Shown here piece after piece: positions 58,801-64,000 of a DNA stretch of 64,000 nt; position 1 is the stretch's first letter; the number at the start of each line of letters is the position of its first letter. Source of the stretch: Trichodelitschia bisporula (taxonomy: Eukaryota); assembly GCA_010356995.1 (NCBI GenBank), contig ML996688.1, positions 1,302,001 to 1,366,000 of the forward strand. Reading direction: 5' to 3'. The position numbers were made by a program, and so were the translations under genes. Under the pieces are notes generated by a model. That model saw only the letters and a list, made by a program, of their open reading frames with translations. It was not told the origin of the DNA and ran no database searches.

Positions 58801-59355
58801 AAGTTCCGCATATTCCATGGACAGCGGAAGCGTGCTATCTTTAGAAACCGGTGACAGTGGGTTTGTGGACCGCGGGAGTATGTAGGCTGAGGAATTGGAT
58901 GGAAACGTGACTGACTGCGGCTGAGGCGCTATTTGAGGAGAGCTTGAGATGGAGTCCGGGAACACAAGCGTGACGAGGGCGATATGCTGGATTATAAAGT
59001 TAGTTTCTGCCGCGTAGCATCTCAGGAGACTCACACTGTCCGCTTGAACTCCGTCCATCTCATGAGCCGTCCATTTCCAGCCATTGTCAGGACCAGCGTA
59101 TAACTGCTTACTACCAACGAGCAGGGCTGAAGTGTCCACTTGCCCGGTTGCATGCGTGGAGGAAGGAGAGTCGAAAAGGGTAGTGTCAAGGAGCCCGAGG
59201 TATGTTGTGCTTGCGGCAATAGCTACCGTGAAGATGGTCCATAGAGGATGTACGCAAGCGCGGCGTGAGAGGGACAGCAGGACAGGATTGAGCTGCCGTT
59301 CGGGCATCGACAGAGCGTCGCGGATGCGAATAGGTAGAATTGAAGCCCCAACCAT
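55832..59355 (-). CDS. HMG1: 3-hydroxy-3-methylglutaryl-CoA reductase; exons 59355-59035, 58986-58624, 58578-56213, 56165-55832
   Basis: Sterol-sensing membrane domain ([10 protein letters not shown]), catalytic motifs [30 protein letters not shown] and [12 protein letters not shown]. Confidence 0.98.
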
Positions 59356-61385
59356 GATGTCGTCTAGATGAGTGAGCTCTTGTTACCGCTGGGATAGTGG
59401 CGAGCACAGCCACTCTGGAGTATCCTCTTTTCGCTCTGCGCGTCGTTGTCCGTTCGAGTGTTGAGACTCGTGGGGATAGGCCAACTGGACAAAGAATTGA
59501 CGGTTAAAGGGAATGACAGCAGTCCAGCATAAGGCAATGGCTAGTAGCGAAACTTTTTGCAAAGGGTATCAAGTCGGATCGTGGGCTCCGAAGGGACCAG
59601 TCGTTTTTTCGTGTAGCCGACGCAGGGTTGGGAAGGGGCCAAATCTAGGCGACGCCAGAACGGGAAGAAGGCGATCGGGTTGCAAGTCCAGAGGTTCAAG
59701 GCATGCGGGTGCAAACGGTCATGGTGTGTTCGGCTTCGGCTTCGGGGCTGGGGAGGTTTGAAGGGGTGAGGAAATTATTTTGCATTAATGCTGGGGCGGG
59801 AAGCTTGCGATAGGTACGGAGATAGCCAGGGAGGACGAGCGCGAAAGAACTATGGGCCTATGAGGGAGAGGAGGAAACTAGCGGATAGGTGAAGGCCCCC
59901 GGTCAATGGATCTTCGATGTCGTAGTTGACTCCTGCACACCGCCCCACTGCTCGATAGGAGAAGAGAAGGTCACAATCAGAGCCAGACAGCAACTGATAT
60001 TGCATCAGATGGAAAGAAGCCGGAGATTTTTATTCATGTTATTTTGGCACTGCCCGCATTTTTCATTGTCCATCATTGTTTGGCTGCAATCAACTTTCTT
60101 GGGGTTGACATATAGATGACCGTGCACCCTTGCCAGTCGGGAGCCTGCAGGCCACAAGGCACAAGGTCTCAGCGAAAAAGTCATGTCCACCCCGGTTACA
60201 TGACCTCTGCAAGAATTTGGTGATGGGAGGGAACATGACTTTTTTCGGATAGCCCTTGGCTGGTGGCATGGCTCAACGCTCAGCCACGTTCAGCCACAGT
60301 CCAAATGGTTGAGACTGGGGAGGAGGCAATTGGGGGCAAAGCCCTGATCGGCTTCTTCGCCGAGCAGTATCACCACCACGGTTCAGTACCTGCTACGGTA
60401 CTCCGTAAATTCTAACTTGTGCGCCTTGACCATTCGGACGGTCCAAGTTCATGTCGAACCGATTTCTACTACGGATGTACTACGGTACGTATTTACCGTA
60501 TGTTCCGCCACCGTCACTTCGTCATCCGTCTATGATCCGTTCGGGAAGTGAAAAACTCTTCTTCCTGAGGAGATGGAGTCTTCGAACAAGAATACACCCT
60601 GATGGACCACTAACCCGTAGGACCACTAACGCGTACCCATACCCCAACCCGGATTTCTCGAGCTGAAGCGGGTTCATGCTGTAAGCGGGCAGAGTGTACG
60701 TCGTAAATTCCAAAGATTCACCCAAAAAAGTCGTGGCTGTCCTGTTTGGGCGTTTTTGCGGACGGGACGGCCACATAGTTTTCAGGTGGTCTTGGTCTGC
60801 CGCAGTCCATTAGGGATACCTTGGCAAACCGAACGGCTGGACAAGCCGCCCGTCGACGTCCTGTCCCACATCGAAGTACCTGGTGTACATATGTAGGACG
60901 CCCTGTGTAATTATCATTCTTCTATCAATTACAGGTTACGTCAGAAGCATAGTCCTATGTAACACGGAACTCAGTACTGAGTTATTCCTGGGACTCCGCC
61001 AGCTTCGAATAGTTATCCATTGGTCATGTTGGCCGGCGTTTGGTGGAGAACGGTTTCCCAGCCTCGGCAACGCCAACCCCGCGCTCTCCTCACCCTCCAT
61101 CAGTCTCCATCGGTGCACAGGTCCAAGAGTACGGCTAGGAACTATTGAGCTGCTGATATGCAGCCATTAGAACCCCAGTATCTCCTATTCTTTCGCCGTG
61201 TTCGTCACGTATCTCTTTCATCAACTGCGTCTCCTTCCACCGGCCTCCTCACCTACAGCTCGCTGGTTCCGACATCGCATTCTCCCACATCCTTGTCCTT
61301 GCATCTGGGGAAGTCACGGCTTCCTTGCACCACAGCCCATACAAGAAGAAAGCGTGCGGTTCAAGGACCCGCATTCAAACGAGCA

Positions 61386-62475
61386 ATGAGCCAACAAGCG
61401 CCCAAGAAGAAAGAGGTTCCGGTTCCCCGGCCCAGCTCGAGGTACAGAGTCTCCATATTCAAGGCATCTTCATGTCTCACCAATGTAGCGTGCTTGTAGT
61501 ATCTCCGACGAACCAAGTTCTACTGCTTCACCGCGTCAAGACGTCAACAGCATTCCCATCAGCCCATGTTTTTCCTGGCGGCAATGTTTCTGCATACCAT
61601 GATGGCGTCGTGCCTCCGCCTGAGCATCCCGGCAGGCATGTGGATGGTCCTGCCTATCGGTTAGCCGCGATCAGAGAAACCTTCGAGGAGAGCGGCATTC
61701 TGCTTGCCCGGGATATCTCTGGTCGTTTGCTGGAACTCAGCGACGCCGAACGCGAAAGTGGCAGGAAAGATATTCACCAGAGTAAAATATCTTTCCCGCA
61801 ATGGCTCAGCCAAAGAAGGGGTACACCGGACACAGGTAAGTCGATCCAGGCAAAGCAAGCTCTTCTCTTACGGCAGCAGCGAGCCTGATCCCTTACACGC
61901 GCTGGGTGACTCCGACGAATGTGCCTAAGCGCTTTACGACGCAGATGTACATATATTTTCTGCCGGTCGCTGGCTCTAGCCAGCAGCAAAACGTCGGGCC
62001 ACTCCCCAGCTCCTCCGAAGCCGTAATCCCTACCCCGACGTCTGACGGTGGAATCGAACATACTGCCGCGCGCTTTCTCCCGCCTTCCACTTGGCTCGAG
62101 CTTGCGCGCTCGGGGGAAGTTATCATGTTCCCCCCGCAATTTTTCCTGCTTCATTTTATGGCACAGTTCCTAAATCTGACTGCCCCTAGCAAGTCATCCT
62201 CAGGACACTTAGAAGAGCAGCGACAGAAGCTGCGAGACTTCGTGAAGCAGCAAGAGTTTGGCGATGCTTGCATCAGCCCGGTGGCAATTGGAGGTCTGTA
62301 CGGGAACGGAAGATCAGTCTTACGCTTGGATAGCCCGGGACCAGAACTGAAGGGAAGGGACCGGAAAGGGGTCAAAGATTGGGTAGTGGGTGTTGAGTTT
62401 AGAAAGGAAGGGCCGAGGAAGCTGGAAATCCAGTTAACTAAGGATGTATTCGCAGAGAAGAGTGGCAAGTTATAG
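61386..62475 (+). CDS. Nudix hydrolase, NUDT19-like (exons 61386-61441, 61489-61835, 61880-62475; in-frame upstream ATG at 61158)
   Basis: PRPSSSVLV..HVFPGG..AAIRETFEESGI split Nudix box, RWVTP..KRFTTQMY and MFPPQ motifs; ends SGKL*. Confidence 0.88.
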
Positions 62476-62770
62476 TTCCAATCAATCAATATAGCTCTGG
62501 AACAATCAGTGAGCCTATTGCACCGGTGTAGTTCCTTGAAGACCTCAGCATATGTACATGCGCACTCAGGACTTGAATACTAATCCTCCAATTATTGCCC
62601 CAGGCATCAATAAAATGCCAAGCTATGGCGGGCCCCTTCACAAGCCACACTTCGGCAAGGAACAACAATCCCGGCGCACCCACCTGAATTTCAACTTCAA
62701 CAACCACGCCTGGAATTCTTCACGTACTCATCGCCCAACCCCCACAGACTTCCCCCATCCGACCGTCACA

Positions 62771-63078
62771 ATGGAGAACGAACGCGGTGAACTCGTCGAC
62801 CTGTGAGATTCCTATGGTTTTTGCGCAAAATATGTACTAACGACAATAGCTACGTCCCCCGCAAGTGCTCGGCTACGAACCGCATCATCAAGGCCAAGGA
62901 CCACGCTTCGGTTCAGATCTCAGTCGGCAAGGTCGATGAGAACGGCCGCTACACGGGGGAGAACCAGACCTACGCGTTGTGCGGCTTCGTGCGCGCCATG
63001 GGTGAGAGCGACGACGCGCTGAACCGCCTCGTACAAAAGGATGGCTTCCTCAAGAACGTGTGGTCTGCGAGCCGCTAA
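62771..63078 (+). CDS. RPS21: 40S ribosomal protein S21 (eS21); exons 62771-62802, 62850-63078
   Basis: [34 protein letters not shown]; intron GTGAGA..TACTAAC..TAG. Confidence 0.98.
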
Positions 63079-64000
63079 GGCCATACATTTGGCGTGGGCG
63101 CGCAATACGGGGCGTTAGGGAAGGGTATGCTTACCGCGCTGATAGATCGAACTTTCCGCTGATGTATCTCGCAGTTTATGTTCCTCTGGACGGCCTCTTA
63201 CGAGTACCGTGGGAATGGTTGCATGAGCTATGCTGGGTGCAGTTGTATCTAGCAACGTCGGCCTGGTAGAACATGAATTGGTTCAAACACCTCACATTGC
63301 CCGGCCCTACATGTGCTTCCCATTGTCTATATCAGCGGAGAGGGCGTTGCTTGGTTCCTCGCGGAACCAGCATCCCACCAAAACTTCCTTTACTCACCTC
63401 GGTGGCCTTTCTATGGTTGAGGAAGCTAAATGACTCGCCGCGAGATGAAAGCAGGTTCCCTTTGAAAGGCCGAGGGGTCGAAGTCTCGCGTCTCGGTACA
63501 GATACGGGCGAACACATACCGCATTGACTCCACGTCATCCGCTTGTTTATCAAAACACTGTGCGTGCTGGGCGCATACTGTAGATGTCCACTTTGGACGA
63601 AGGTGTAAGCTCAAGTCTTCCAGAAGGCACTGCATGTGTATTATTGGCTTTTTTCTCAGAATGTTTTCTCGAGCTAATGCAGCAGCGAACGTGCAGAAGC
63701 ATAACCCGATTTTAATTCGGCCCTCCCACCTTGGGAGAGAAGGACCCCAGCGGCCTCGACGTGTCACTTCTTCCCAGTCTTTTTGGGCGCAAAAACGTTC
63801 AAAGCTGGGCCTATCTGACACCGTCATGCCGGACTCTGGATGGAACGAGCGCACCGATTCGCCCCGTTTGGCTCGCAGGACCGATGTCAAATTAAACCAA
63901 TTGGATTTTTCTGAGCTCTTGGGTGTTACGATCTGGATATTCGCCCCCGGCCTCTTGTTGTATGAGGTGTTCGCAGAGGGCCCCGCTACCTGACCACCCC

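Noticed and set aside
894..59034. Six stop-free introns of 3n length (HK 54, Cut12 45, HSP12 57, TF 54, GAD 54, HMG1 48 nt) as a programmed intron-retention system
   Set aside because: Six of about 34 short introns is roughly what chance gives, and retention would disrupt conserved motifs.
45015..59355. HMG-CoA reductase plus FAD monooxygenase and oxidoreductase as a statin or terpenoid cluster with a self-resistance gene
   Set aside because: No PKS, NRPS, terpene synthase or transporter is present. The neighbours are housekeeping genes and the HMGR is the full-length sterol-sensing form.

Overview
Eukaryotic, intron-containing DNA from a filamentous ascomycete (Pezizomycotina, inferred from gene content and short GT..CTRAC..YAG introns). 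The supplied ORF track ignores splicing, so I rebuilt gene models by hand. About 22 protein-coding genes are supported, mostly core ones: the 3' end of a hybrid histidine kinase, an F-box-like Cys-rich protein, a Pro/Gln-rich protein, a GFA-family protein, GCN2, a Cut12-like protein, SMI1/KNR4, malate synthase, WASP/Las17, WBP11-like, HSP12, a Zn2Cys6 factor, a fasciclin, glutamate decarboxylase, an AIF/AMID-like oxidoreductase, NAC-beta (EGD1), a Cys-rich membrane protein, STI1, an FAD monooxygenase, HMG-CoA reductase, a NUDT19-like Nudix hydrolase and RPS21. I found no tRNA, rRNA, CRISPR array, recognisable transposon or secondary-metabolite cluster. The most notable observations are: (1) a frame-required single-nucleotide exon in EGD1; (2) a ~1.1 kb ATG-free leader of SMI1/KNR4 holding a ~143-nt fold-back with an alternative pairing; (3) a ~700-nt block of nested helices in the gene-poor interval upstream of the Zn2Cys6 gene; (4) a GFA gene with no in-frame ATG; (5) a TGACTC-containing 14-bp tandem array. 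All RNA structures were paired by eye, not computed.
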